DNA of 64,000 nucleotides from Gemmatimonadota bacterium. GTDB lineage: Bacteria > Gemmatimonadota > Gemmatimonadetes > Gemmatimonadales > GWC2-71-9. The DNA lies in NCBI GenBank assembly GCA_039588295.1, contig JBDHAB010000001.1, forward strand, positions 160,001-224,000, in the 5' to 3' direction. Both the position numbers and the translations under genes were made by a program. Below the pieces are notes generated by a model, which worked only from the letters and a program-made list of their open reading frames with translations, was not told the origin of the DNA and made no database searches. Of the stretch, positions 50,116 to 59,082 are shown piece after piece (the stretch's first letter is position 1; each line of letters starts with the position of its first letter).

Positions 50116-50204
50116 TGAGCCCTCGGGACGTGCCTGGGTCACTGGGCGCCTCGCCACCAATCTTCGCACGCCGCGCGTAGAGGCGAAAGAGGGAGACGAA
50201 CGCC

Positions 50205-50711
50205 ATGAGCCCAAGATCGCCGGCGGACGAGCCGGGCACGTTCTTTCGGGTAGCTATTGGGACGGCGACGATTGGCATGCTGGTCACGGCGATCGCCGTG
50301 GGAGACAACCCGAGGCTCTATGCAGCCGCCGGTGCGTTCGGGGCGGTCTGGTGGGCGTGGGACCTGTTGGTCGCGCACGTATTCCTCCCGCTGGGGGACT
50401 GGATTCGCGATACCCTGATGGCCGGAGGCGTGGGGCTTGGAAACTCGGACCAGCGTCCGTCACTCGACGAGCTGATTGCGCTCCTGGAGGGTCACTTGCG
50501 CAGCGGCACCTCCGAGCAGGTCGATCTCAACGCAGCGATCCGGCTCGAGGAGATCTACCGGACGGTGAAGAAGGATCCGGAGCGTGCACGCGCGGTAATC
50601 GAGCTCGTGCGCCAGCGGTACCCGGATGCGCCGCAGCTCAAGCAGTTTGGACCGACCGACGGGGGCGGCGTGGGTGGAGAGGACCTGTTGGACGGTAGCG
50701 TGTCGGAGTGA
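50205..50711 (+). CDS. Hypothetical membrane protein
   Basis: GGGAG RBS; two hydrophobic segments and a helical C-terminus. Confidence 0.7.
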   Translation: MSPRSPADEPGTFFRVAIGTATIGMLVTAIAVGDNPRLYAAAGAFGAVWWAWDLLVAHVFLPLGDWIRDTLMAGGVGLGNSDQRPSLDELIALLEGHLRSGTSEQVDLNAAIRLEEIYRTVKKDPERARAVIELVRQRYPDAPQLKQFGPTDGGGVGGEDLLDGSVSE

Positions 50712-50756
50712 GAGGGCTCCCGCCTCACCACGGTCTGTGTATGTTTCTGCCCTTCG

Positions 50757-50829
<73 letters not shown>

Positions 50830-50835
50830 TTGTGA

Positions 50836-50864
50836 GAGCCCCGGAAACGCGGGGCTTCTTCTTT
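50836..50864 (+). terminator. Intrinsic terminator after tRNA-Phe
   Basis: GAGCCCCG-GAAACG-CGGGGCTT followed by CTTCTTT. Confidence 0.65.
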
Positions 50865-50905
50865 CTCGGAGATTCTGGTCAAGACCCGCCGGCCGCCTCA
50901 TGTCC

Positions 50906-51760
50906 CTACCGCGCCTGCGGCGTGCCGATCGCCGTGGCCAACTCCGCGGCGGCGTCTCGGTCGGCACGATGAAAGTTGAGACGAATCGTGCCGGGTTTGG
51001 TGGGCGGAACGCCCTCGATGAGCTTGATGTCGCTTACCTGCAACGTCAGATTGGCCCCGAAGACACCCCGTTTGAACCGTGCCAACGTGACCTCCGAGAG
51101 CGGGATGATCAAATCCTTGACACCGGAGCGCCACCCGCCGAAGAACGCATCTTTGATCTTGTCAACGGTGGCGGCCCAGCCCTTCTTCTCGTATTGGATC
51201 ACGAGGTCGGCACCATCGAGGCGCACCAGACCCTCGCATTCCGTCCCGTCCGGACTGTGAAACTTGAAGGCGACCTGCGGGGAGACTGCCGCTGGCGTGG
51301 GCGCCAGGTTCTCGACTGACAAAGACGTGGCCGCACCGGCCGCGTCGAAGTCGTCATCCATGATCTCGAACACGAGCGAGTATTCGGCATCCCGGGCGTA
51401 TTCGGGCCCGATCACCACCTCCCCGCGGAGCGACGTGTCGGCCAGACGACGCTCGGCCAACTGCGCCAATCGAAGCAGATCGTCGGAGCTTCCGTACACG
51501 CTCTCATCATCGATGCCGGGGCGCTCCCAGAGCCTGATCTGAAGATCGCCATACGGACCGAGCGGCAGAGGCTGGGCGTCAGGAGACGCCGCCGATGTCT
51601 TGACGTAACGCGCGACGAGTCGTGCGAATCCGATCAGCCCCGATCGCGACCCGCACAAGCGCCAGACCCGCCGGTCCGGGTCCAGTTCATGGTAGAAACC
51701 CAGACGACGCCACTCTTCACCGGTCACCGGCGTGATATCGCGCGGAGGAGTCTTCGTCAT
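50906..51760 (-). CDS. Hypothetical two-domain protein
   Basis: Long protein-like ORF; N-terminal WRRLGFY...GSRSGL; C-terminal beta-rich PH-like region; start set at ATG 51760. Confidence 0.7.
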   Translation of the reverse strand: MTKTPPRDITPVTGEEWRRLGFYHELDPDRRVWRLCGSRSGLIGFARLVARYVKTSAASPDAQPLPLGPYGDLQIRLWERPGIDDESVYGSSDDLLRLAQLAERRLADTSLRGEVVIGPEYARDAEYSLVFEIMDDDFDAAGAATSLSVENLAPTPAAVSPQVAFKFHSPDGTECEGLVRLDGADLVIQYEKKGWAATVDKIKDAFFGGWRSGVKDLIIPLSEVTLARFKRGVFGANLTLQVSDIKLIEGVPPTKPGTIRLNFHRADRDAAAELATAIGTPQAR

Positions 51761-52128
51761 TGCTCGCTGCCGCCCTCGGGCGAAGTTCGGTTGACGATCC
51801 CGAACGAGAGGTTCCCGACCGGGTTCGCAAAATAGGTTCTTCCGGGATTCCCGGGGAAGGCCGGTCGGTTGGCCACCGGAAACCGGGATGACCTTAGGGT
51901 ACTCCTCCGCCAACTCGGCCTCGGCGGCAACGCACAGCGAGCGGAGACCTGTCTTACGGCCCGTAGATGGGACCCATTGGACAGGCTCGAGACACCCCCT
52001 AGTCGCTCATGTGTGTAGAATGTGTGTGAACGGGGTCACCGGAGCGTATCAGGGACACGTTGAAGCCCCGGAGTGTTCCTTACTTCTGGGTCGGGGGATG
52101 TCCTGTGCACGGCAATTCCAAGTCTTGC

Positions 52129-52174
52129 GCGGCGTGAAAAGCCGCGGGTCGGCGGTTCAATTCCGTCCCTGGCC
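52129..52174 (+). pseudogene. 3' fragment of tRNA-Phe (att-like direct repeat)
   Basis: 27-nt identity with 50802-50828, plus anticodon arm GCGGC-GTGAAAA-GCCGC; no 5' half. Confidence 0.85.
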
Positions 52175-52250
52175 GCTTGCGCGCCTGCAGCGCATACCCA
52201 CCCGTTGTGGACCTTCCCACCCGCGCCAGTGATCCCCAGGAGAGACCAGC

Positions 52251-53168
52251 GTGGCGCACATCCCTGATGGCTTCCTGAGCGCGCCTGTCATCATCGGCAC
52301 GGCGGTGGCGAGCGCCGGGACCCTGGCGTTGGCCGCCCACCGCTCGCGTCGGCGACACGAGGAACGAGAGGCACTCGTGCTCGGAGCGGCCACGGCGTTC
52401 GTGTTCGCGGCTCAGATGCTCAACTTTCCGCTCGGTGCCGGTACGAGCGCGCACTTGCTCGGCGGGGTGCTCGTGGGTGCGGTCGTGGGTCCGTGGTCGG
52501 GGATGCTCGTGATGTTCGCCGTGTTGCTGGTCCAGGCGCTGCTGTTCCAGGATGGCGGGATCTCTGCGCTTGGGGCGAACACGCTCAACGTGGCGGTGAT
52601 CGGTGTTGGGGTCGGCTTCTGTGTCTACCGGTGGCTCCTCGCGCTCTGGGGAGACGGTGTCCGACGTCGCGTGACGGCTGCGTCCGTCGCGGCCTTTGTC
52701 TCAACGGGCCTAGTGGGTGTCGCGGTTGCGATCGAACTCGCGCTCTCCGGCACGGTTCCGTTCACTCCAGCAGTTGTTGCGGTCGGCGGGGGACATCTGG
52801 TCGTCGGGGTCGCGGAAGCTGTGCTGACCGGCGCGATCCTGGGAATGCTAATGCGCAGCCGGCCCGAACTGGTGACGGCAGCGGCTCCGTCGAGTGGCAT
52901 GCGGCGCTGGGCGGTTGGGACGGTAGTGGTGTCGGCTGCTCTGGCGGTGTCGGCCGCGTACCTTGCGTCCGCAAAGCCCGACGCGTTGGAAGCGGCCGCA
53001 TCGTATCTCGGCCTGGGGGCGTCCGGGCCGGTGTCTCGCTCGGCACCCTTTGCCGAGTACACCACGCCGCTCGGTGGTCCGTGGTTCGCTGCCCTCATAG
53101 GAGTAGTCGTCGTGTTCGCCGTCATCTGGATAGTGGTGAAGCTCAACCGGGCAGGTCGGCGCCCGTGA
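52251..53168 (+). CDS. cbiM: Co/Ni ECF transporter S component with PDGLE-like domain (CbiM/NikMN)
   Basis: HIPDGFL, FAAQMLNFP, GTSAHLLGG, DGG..ALGAN, KPDALE. Confidence 0.9.
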   Translation: MAHIPDGFLSAPVIIGTAVASAGTLALAAHRSRRRHEEREALVLGAATAFVFAAQMLNFPLGAGTSAHLLGGVLVGAVVGPWSGMLVMFAVLLVQALLFQDGGISALGANTLNVAVIGVGVGFCVYRWLLALWGDGVRRRVTAASVAAFVSTGLVGVAVAIELALSGTVPFTPAVVAVGGGHLVVGVAEAVLTGAILGMLMRSRPELVTAAAPSSGMRRWAVGTVVVSAALAVSAAYLASAKPDALEAAASYLGLGASGPVSRSAPFAEYTTPLGGPWFAALIGVVVVFAVIWIVVKLNRAGRRP

Positions 53169-53932
53169 GCTTTCACCATCTCGACCAATACGCAACCGTC
53201 GCATCGCCGGTGACCAGGATGCCTCCGACGGCCCGGCTCATCGCGGTGCTCGTGCTCGCCGTGGGGGCCGCGGCGTTGCCGCTGGGTGCGTGGCGGCAAC
53301 TGGGTGTGCTGTTCGCGTTGGTCGCCCTACTCGCGACGGTCGCACGGTTGCCGGCCAAGCTGATGCTCGTGCGCATGACCGGCCCTCTGGGGTTCGTCTT
53401 CCTCGCCTCGGTCGGACTCCTGGTGTTGGTGCCGGGCGACCCCTTGGTGCGGGTCGGATTTCTCCAGGTCAGTGACGCCGGCCTCTTACGGTTTGGGTCG
53501 GTGCTCGGGAGAGCGATCGTCGCGCTTGGCGCGGCGGTCGTCCTCGTAACGACGACCAGCTTCCCGGAGCTGCTCCACGCACTTCGGGAAATCAGACTGC
53601 CCAAGGTCGTTACCACCGCGCTCGGATTGGCGTATCGCCTGCTCTACATCCTCGTCGATGAAGTCGAGCGCCTCCAGCGAGCCGCACGTAGCCGGAACGC
53701 CGGTGCCGGAAGCGCACGGCGCCGACGAGTGCTCGTGGGCGTCGCGGCTGCCGGACTTGCTCGGACGTTTGCGCGCGGCGAGCGCACCCACCGCGCCATG
53801 CTGGCACGGGGCTATCGCGGCGATCTCCCGACGCTCAGCGAACAGCGGTGGGATCGCCGGTCGGTGGTAGCGCTCGTGACGCTCGTGACCCTCGTCGGCG
53901 TCACAACGGTCTCCGCGTACGTGGGCCGGTGA
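53165..53932 (+). CDS. cbiQ: Co/Ni ECF transporter T component
   Basis: L..I.LP, YR, AARSR, AMLARGY; GTGA overlap. Confidence 0.88.
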   Translation: MSFHHLDQYATVASPVTRMPPTARLIAVLVLAVGAAALPLGAWRQLGVLFALVALLATVARLPAKLMLVRMTGPLGFVFLASVGLLVLVPGDPLVRVGFLQVSDAGLLRFGSVLGRAIVALGAAVVLVTTTSFPELLHALREIRLPKVVTTALGLAYRLLYILVDEVERLQRAARSRNAGAGSARRRRVLVGVAAAGLARTFARGERTHRAMLARGYRGDLPTLSEQRWDRRSVVALVTLVTLVGVTTVSAYVGR

Positions 53933-54654
53933 TGGTCCCACTCCTCGAGATCGTGGGACTCGGCTACGCCTATCCTGACGGAACGGCGGCCCTGCAAGAT
54001 GTCTCGCTTGCGATCGCGAGTGGTGACCGGGTGGCGTTGCTCGGACCGACTGGCTCGGGCAAGAGCACACTGCTGCAGCACGCGAACGGCCTGCTCCAAC
54101 CCGCGGACGGGACGGTGGTCGTGGATGGCATCCCCATTCAGGACGACACGGTGCGCGATGTGCGTCGGAAGGTGGGGCTCGTGTTTCAAGACCCCAACGA
54201 CCAGCTGTTCCTCCCGACCCTGCTCGAGGACGTCGCCTTCGGGCCGCTCAATAACGGGCACTCGGTGGTAGAGGCCGAAACGTTGGCCGTCGCGATGTTG
54301 TCGGAACTCGGGCTCGCAGGAGCACGGCATCGGGCCGCCCATCATCTCAGCGGAGGCGAGCGACGCCTTGCGGCGTTGGCGACGGTGCTGGTCAGCCGGC
54401 CCCTTCTCCTGGCGCTCGACGAGCCGACGGGGGACCTGGACGCACGAAGTCGGCGTCGCTTGGTGCATCTGCTCCGCCAGAGACCCGAAACACTGCTCGT
54501 GGCAACCCACGACCTCGAGCTGGCGCGAGCCGTCTGCGGCCGTGGCGTGGTACTGCACGAAGGGCGCGTCGTGACGGACGCGCCCCTGGGTGACCTGCTG
54601 ACGGACCGAGACCTGCTCGAGCGCTACGGCCTCGCCGCGGACCTGTCCGACTAG
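53932..54654 (+). CDS. cbiO: ECF transporter ATPase
   Basis: YPDG, GPTGSGKST, VFQDPNDQLF, EDVAFGP, LSGGE, LDEP, THD. Confidence 0.92.
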   Translation: MVPLLEIVGLGYAYPDGTAALQDVSLAIASGDRVALLGPTGSGKSTLLQHANGLLQPADGTVVVDGIPIQDDTVRDVRRKVGLVFQDPNDQLFLPTLLEDVAFGPLNNGHSVVEAETLAVAMLSELGLAGARHRAAHHLSGGERRLAALATVLVSRPLLLALDEPTGDLDARSRRRLVHLLRQRPETLLVATHDLELARAVCGRGVVLHEGRVVTDAPLGDLLTDRDLLERYGLAADLSD

Positions 54655-54687
54655 CGACCGGCATCGAGCTTGGGTGATGTCGGCGGC

Positions 54688-55305
54688 TTACCGTGTCTGC
54701 TCTACCGACAACGAGGATACGTGCAGGTTAAGTCCGTGGTTGACCCGTAGGCCGACGATCCCATCGGTGTCGACGCTTGAGCGCGGAAGGCTCGCGACTT
54801 GCTGCGCGTTGACGTAAAAGTCCACGGTTTGAGCACCCGCACGGATCTCGAGCACGTTCTTGGCTGTTCCCTCACCGCCGTCGTGTTCGACGATCGCTTC
54901 ATGCGGCTTCCACGGGGACAGTGTCTCCGTCTGCCGGCCGCGCCGCTGCTTGATGAGGAAACTGCCGTCCTTCCGAATGAGGAAGTAGGTGTACGACTGG
55001 TCCGGGCCGTCCAGGTCCCGACCGCCCAGGAAGACCCCAAACGCCTCCCGCCGTTCTCCCGGGAACAGGAAGATCTCCGACTGGACGTGGTAATCACCCG
55101 TCGCCGTGCGGGCGGGGTCGTACAGGATACAGGCCGGCCCCGTTGTGATGTGCCAGCCGGGCGGCATCTCGACGAAATACAGTGCGGAGTCGGGCGAGTT
55201 GGGTCGGTCGAACCGGATCTTCCATTCGGCTGGGCGTTCCAGGTCTTGGGCGGCTGCGGCCTGTGCGATGCAGAGCAAGGCGGCAGCAAGGAGCAGGGGT
55301 CGCAT
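54688..55305 (-). CDS. Secreted beta-sandwich protein (DUF1080/concanavalin-like)
   Basis: GAGG RBS; signal peptide AAAQ; YTYFLIR.DG.F; GIVGLRVNH. Confidence 0.7.
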   Translation of the reverse strand: MRPLLLAAALLCIAQAAAAQDLERPAEWKIRFDRPNSPDSALYFVEMPPGWHITTGPACILYDPARTATGDYHVQSEIFLFPGERREAFGVFLGGRDLDGPDQSYTYFLIRKDGSFLIKQRRGRQTETLSPWKPHEAIVEHDGGEGTAKNVLEIRAGAQTVDFYVNAQQVASLPRSSVDTDGIVGLRVNHGLNLHVSSLSVEQTR

Positions 55306-55591
55306 ATCTCGATGACCTCGGGAGGCAAGGGTGGACTGGGTTCGAGGAGCTTGGGACACTAGCCGGTCACGGCATATCTCGCCAGTGGACGGAGGCCGCT
55401 GTTCCGGTGCGTCGATTTCGACATGACGGCGTCTCACAACAAGCCCCCGATAGCCTGAAGACGCGACGGGATGGTACACGAACTTGTCGTGTGAGGTGCC
55501 CGCTGCCCTCGGTGGAACAAGTGAGGTGGGCTGGGTGTTATGCGATAACTTCCCGTTCCAGTTGCCATTCTTGCCACGAGGGGGTCCTCCC

Positions 55592-56035
55592 GTGCCCACG
55601 CTTCGTCACGTCACCATTCCGTTAGCGCTCTTCGCCGCCACAGGTGTTGCCTGTGCGGGAGATGGCCCCGCCGGCCCAGGGGGAAACCCGGGTGGTGGTG
55701 GGACGCCCACGTTCGCGGCGGATGTGCAGCCGATCTTCACCACCAACTGCGCGGTTTCCGGATGCCATGCGGGGGCGGCTCCAGCCCAAGGTATGACCCT
55801 CAGCACAGGCCAGGCGTTCGCCAACACCGTGAACGTCGCATCGAACCAAGTTCAGGGCTTGGATCGCATCGAGCCTAATCAGCCGGACCAGAGCTATCTC
55901 GTGCACAAGATCCAGGGCACCCAGGCCTCGGTGGGCGGCAGCGGGAATCGCATGCCACTCGGTGGGGCTTCGTTGTCTCAAGCGGACATCGACACAATCC
56001 GTGACTGGATCACCGCCGGCGCGCAAAACAACTAA
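55592..56035 (+). CDS. Lipoprotein c-type cytochrome with CX4CH motif
   Basis: Lipobox GVAC; Gly/Pro linker; VQPIF...CAVSGCH; SYLVHKI; RMP distal Met; I..WI..GA. Confidence 0.8.
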   Translation: MPTLRHVTIPLALFAATGVACAGDGPAGPGGNPGGGGTPTFAADVQPIFTTNCAVSGCHAGAAPAQGMTLSTGQAFANTVNVASNQVQGLDRIEPNQPDQSYLVHKIQGTQASVGGSGNRMPLGGASLSQADIDTIRDWITAGAQNN

Positions 56036-56071
56036 ACTGCCAACGTCCTCAATCGAGACGGAGGTCTACGC

Positions 56072-57196
56072 ATGTCGCAGCGGACGCGCGGGCTGGCGCT
56101 CGTCGCCCTGGTCGCGGTGGCCGGATTTCTTCCGTGCCGGAGCCTCGTTGCGGAGCCATATCTCGCGCTGCGGACCGGACTCAAGTGTGCGCAGTGTCAC
56201 GTGAACCGGACGGGTGGTGGCGGACGCAATGCCTTCGGCAGCGCGTGGGCCCAAACGCAGCTTCCCATGCACACCGTAGGGATTCGGAGCCGTTCGCTCA
56301 GTGATTGGGTGTCGATCGGCCTTGATCTCCGCGCCGTCGGATCGTGGAATGCGAACGTCGGTGACGGCCTGGAGGGTGCAATACCGCGAACTGCGGTCGA
56401 GATCCCGGAGGCACAGATCCAGCTCGAAGCCCGACTCATCGACGATCGACTCGCGTTCTACGTGGATCAGACCATGGGTCCCGAGCGGGCGTTCGCGCGC
56501 GAAGCCTTCGGTATCGTTGAACGTCTGCCGCTCAACGGCTACGCGAAGGTCGGGAAATTCATGCTCCCGTATGGGTGGCGGATCTGGGACGACGGAGCCT
56601 TCATTCGCGAAGAGACCGGCTTCACGTTTCTCACTCCGGACATCGGGGTCGAGATCGGCATCGAGCCCGGACCCCTCTCGTGGTTCGTCGCGATCTCAAA
56701 CGGGAGCGTGGGGACATCCGAAGGCAACAGCGACAAGATGATCACATCGAGTGCGATGGTGACGTTTCCGCGCTTCCGCTTTGGTGCGTCGGCGTCGCAC
56801 AACAGCGGCGAGGGTCTGGAGACCAACATCGTCGGGGCGTTCGGTGGTGTGTCGGTCGGTCCGTTCTCGGTTCTCGGCGAGGTTGACCTTCTGTTCGATT
56901 CATTCGAGGCGGATCCCTCGGCCAACCAGGACGGCTTCCTGGCGTTCGTCGAGGGGAATCTCCTGGTGCGGAGAGGTCTGAACCTCAAGGTCACGCATGG
57001 GTTCCACGATCCGACGGCCAGCGTTCGAAGCGCGGTGACCGGCACGGCGGAGGACCAGCGGGCGCGAACCCGCGTAGGCGTGGAAGCGTTCCCGATTTCC
57101 TTTGTGCAGGTCGCGGCGTTCTACACGCGCCTCGACAACGCTGGGGAGCCTAACGACATCGACAGGCTGACGCTCGAACTGCACTTCCACTTCTAG
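56072..57196 (+). CDS. Monoheme cytochrome c-porin fusion (Cyc2-like architecture)
   Basis: GGAGG RBS; signal peptide; EPYLALRTGLKCAQCH; beta-barrel strands; C-terminal LHFHF. Confidence 0.78.
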   Translation: MSQRTRGLALVALVAVAGFLPCRSLVAEPYLALRTGLKCAQCHVNRTGGGGRNAFGSAWAQTQLPMHTVGIRSRSLSDWVSIGLDLRAVGSWNANVGDGLEGAIPRTAVEIPEAQIQLEARLIDDRLAFYVDQTMGPERAFAREAFGIVERLPLNGYAKVGKFMLPYGWRIWDDGAFIREETGFTFLTPDIGVEIGIEPGPLSWFVAISNGSVGTSEGNSDKMITSSAMVTFPRFRFGASASHNSGEGLETNIVGAFGGVSVGPFSVLGEVDLLFDSFEADPSANQDGFLAFVEGNLLVRRGLNLKVTHGFHDPTASVRSAVTGTAEDQRARTRVGVEAFPISFVQVAAFYTRLDNAGEPNDIDRLTLELHFHF

Positions 57197-57372
57197 TTCG
57201 AAACCATCCAGAACCAGGCCCGTGTCGCGGCGTTGAGCCCCGGCCACGGGCCTGGGCAGATTTGTGACGCCGAGCTCGGCAATGGAATCCGGGCTGGTGG
57301 TGGTGCATCTTTAAATATTCCCCAATTCGACAACATGACAACGTGTGCCTGGGTGGGAGGAGTGTTCGACGA

Positions 57373-59001
57373 ATGAGTGGAGATATTCAGGTTCCGGTAC
57401 CAGTCAACGAGCCCGTGCGAGACTATGCACCGGGTACGCCCGAGCGAGCCGCGCTCAAAGGGAAGCTCGCCGAGATGTCTTCGCAGCAGATTGAGCTCCC
57501 GCTGCTCATCGGCGGAGAGGAGGTTTGGACCGGCAAGACCTACAAGGCCACGGTGCCCCACGATCGCAAGCGGGTGCTCGCTACGTGGCACATGGCCGGC
57601 GCGGAGGAAGCGAAGCAGGCCGTCCGGTCGTCCCGGCGGGCATGGAGAGAGTGGTCCGAGTGGCCGTGGCAGGATCGTGCGTCGGTGCTCCTCAAGGCAG
57701 CCGATCTGCTTGCGGGACCCTACCGTGACACCATCAACGCGGCGACCATGCTGTGCCAGAGCAAGACCGCGCACCAATCGGAGATCGACGGCGCCTGTGA
57801 GCTGATCGACTTCTTCCGGTTCAACGTGTTGTTCGCTGAGCAGCTCTACGCCGACCAGCCGATGTCCGCCGATGGCATGTGGAACCGGATGGAGTACAGA
57901 CCGCTGGAAGGCTTCATCTACGCGATCACGCCGTTCAACTTCACGTCGATTGCGGGGAACTTGCCCACCGCCCCGGCGCTCATGGGGAACACGGTGTTGT
58001 GGAAGCCATCCCGGCCCGCAGTCTACAGCGCCTACTTCCTCGCGAAGATGTTTGAAGAGGCCGGCTTCCCGCCGGGTGTGATCAACTTTGTACCGGGTCA
58101 CCCCGTGGCGGTGACCGAGGCGGCACTCTCCAATCCGAGCTTCGCGGGCATTCACTACACCGGTTCGACTGCGGTCTTTCAGGGGTTCTACCGCACGATC
58201 GGAGAGCGGATTGCGACGTACAAGACGTATCCGAGAATCGTGGGGGAGACCGGTGGCAAGGACTTCATCGTCGCGCACGCGAGTGCGGACGAGGACGCGC
58301 TCCGCACGGCGATCGTGCGCGGTGCGTTCGAGTATCAGGGGCAGAAGTGCAGTGCGGCCTCGAGAGTATACATTCCGGAGAGCCTCTGGAAGCAGATGAG
58401 AAACCGGCTGCTCGACGAGATCGCCGACATCCGGATGGGGGACGTGGCCGATTTCCGGAACTTCATGGGCGCGGTGATCGACGAGAAAGCGTTCGACGAT
58501 ATCTCGACCTATATCGCCAACGCTCGCAAGTCGAAGGACGCCCGGGTGCTCGTTGGGGGAGAGGCCGACAAGTCCAAAGGGTTCTTCATTCGCCCAACCG
58601 TGATCCTGGCGAAGAAGCCGGACTACGTCACGATGTGCGAGGAGATCTTCGGGCCCGTGGTCACCGTGTACGTCTACCCCGACAACAAGTGGAACGAGAC
58701 CCTGAGGCTCGTGGACGCCACGTCGCCCTACGCGCTGACGGGAGCGGTTTTCGCCACCGACCGCAAGGCGGTTCGGAAAGCACTCGTCGCATTGCGTCAC
58801 TCGGCCGGGAACTTCTACGTCAACGACAAGCCGACGGGCGCGGTCGTTGGGCAGCAACCATTCGGTGGCGCGCGCGCGAGTGGAACCAACGACAAGGCGG
58901 GGTCCATGCTGAACCTCGTGCGCTGGGTGTCGGCTCGGTCGATCAAGGAGACGTTCGTGCCGGCGACGGACTACCGGTACCCGTTCATGGCGGAGAAGTA
59001 G
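57373..59001 (+). CDS. pruA: L-glutamate gamma-semialdehyde (P5C) dehydrogenase
   Basis: NEP..YAPG, EID..CELIDF, PFNFT, ETGGK, YQGQKCSA, EEIFGP, GTNDKAG. Confidence 0.95.
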   Translation: MSGDIQVPVPVNEPVRDYAPGTPERAALKGKLAEMSSQQIELPLLIGGEEVWTGKTYKATVPHDRKRVLATWHMAGAEEAKQAVRSSRRAWREWSEWPWQDRASVLLKAADLLAGPYRDTINAATMLCQSKTAHQSEIDGACELIDFFRFNVLFAEQLYADQPMSADGMWNRMEYRPLEGFIYAITPFNFTSIAGNLPTAPALMGNTVLWKPSRPAVYSAYFLAKMFEEAGFPPGVINFVPGHPVAVTEAALSNPSFAGIHYTGSTAVFQGFYRTIGERIATYKTYPRIVGETGGKDFIVAHASADEDALRTAIVRGAFEYQGQKCSAASRVYIPESLWKQMRNRLLDEIADIRMGDVADFRNFMGAVIDEKAFDDISTYIANARKSKDARVLVGGEADKSKGFFIRPTVILAKKPDYVTMCEEIFGPVVTVYVYPDNKWNETLRLVDATSPYALTGAVFATDRKAVRKALVALRHSAGNFYVNDKPTGAVVGQQPFGGARASGTNDKAGSMLNLVRWVSARSIKETFVPATDYRYPFMAEK

Positions 59002-59082
59002 GTGGCGGTTGTGATCTAGGTCATTGACTCCTGGGGCTCGGCCTAAATCTTTGAACGGCCCTACGATAGGAAGAATCTTGCC

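Noticed and set aside
51744..51912. tRNA-Sec (8-bp stem, CCGCCA end)
   Set aside because: Too long, no TCA anticodon arm, and no T arm at the right position
52100..52176. Second functional tRNA-Phe
   Set aside because: No 5' acceptor strand or D arm; treated as a fragment
51913..52250. Cobalamin riboswitch expected upstream of cbiM
   Set aside because: I could not find the conserved B12-box or AGGGAA core by eye; an Rfam scan is needed to be certain
57193..58857. 554-aa minus-strand ORF; similar ORFs at 14690-16276, 44479-45720 and 60000-61397
   Set aside because: Shadow or alternate frames of well-supported genes, with no motifs
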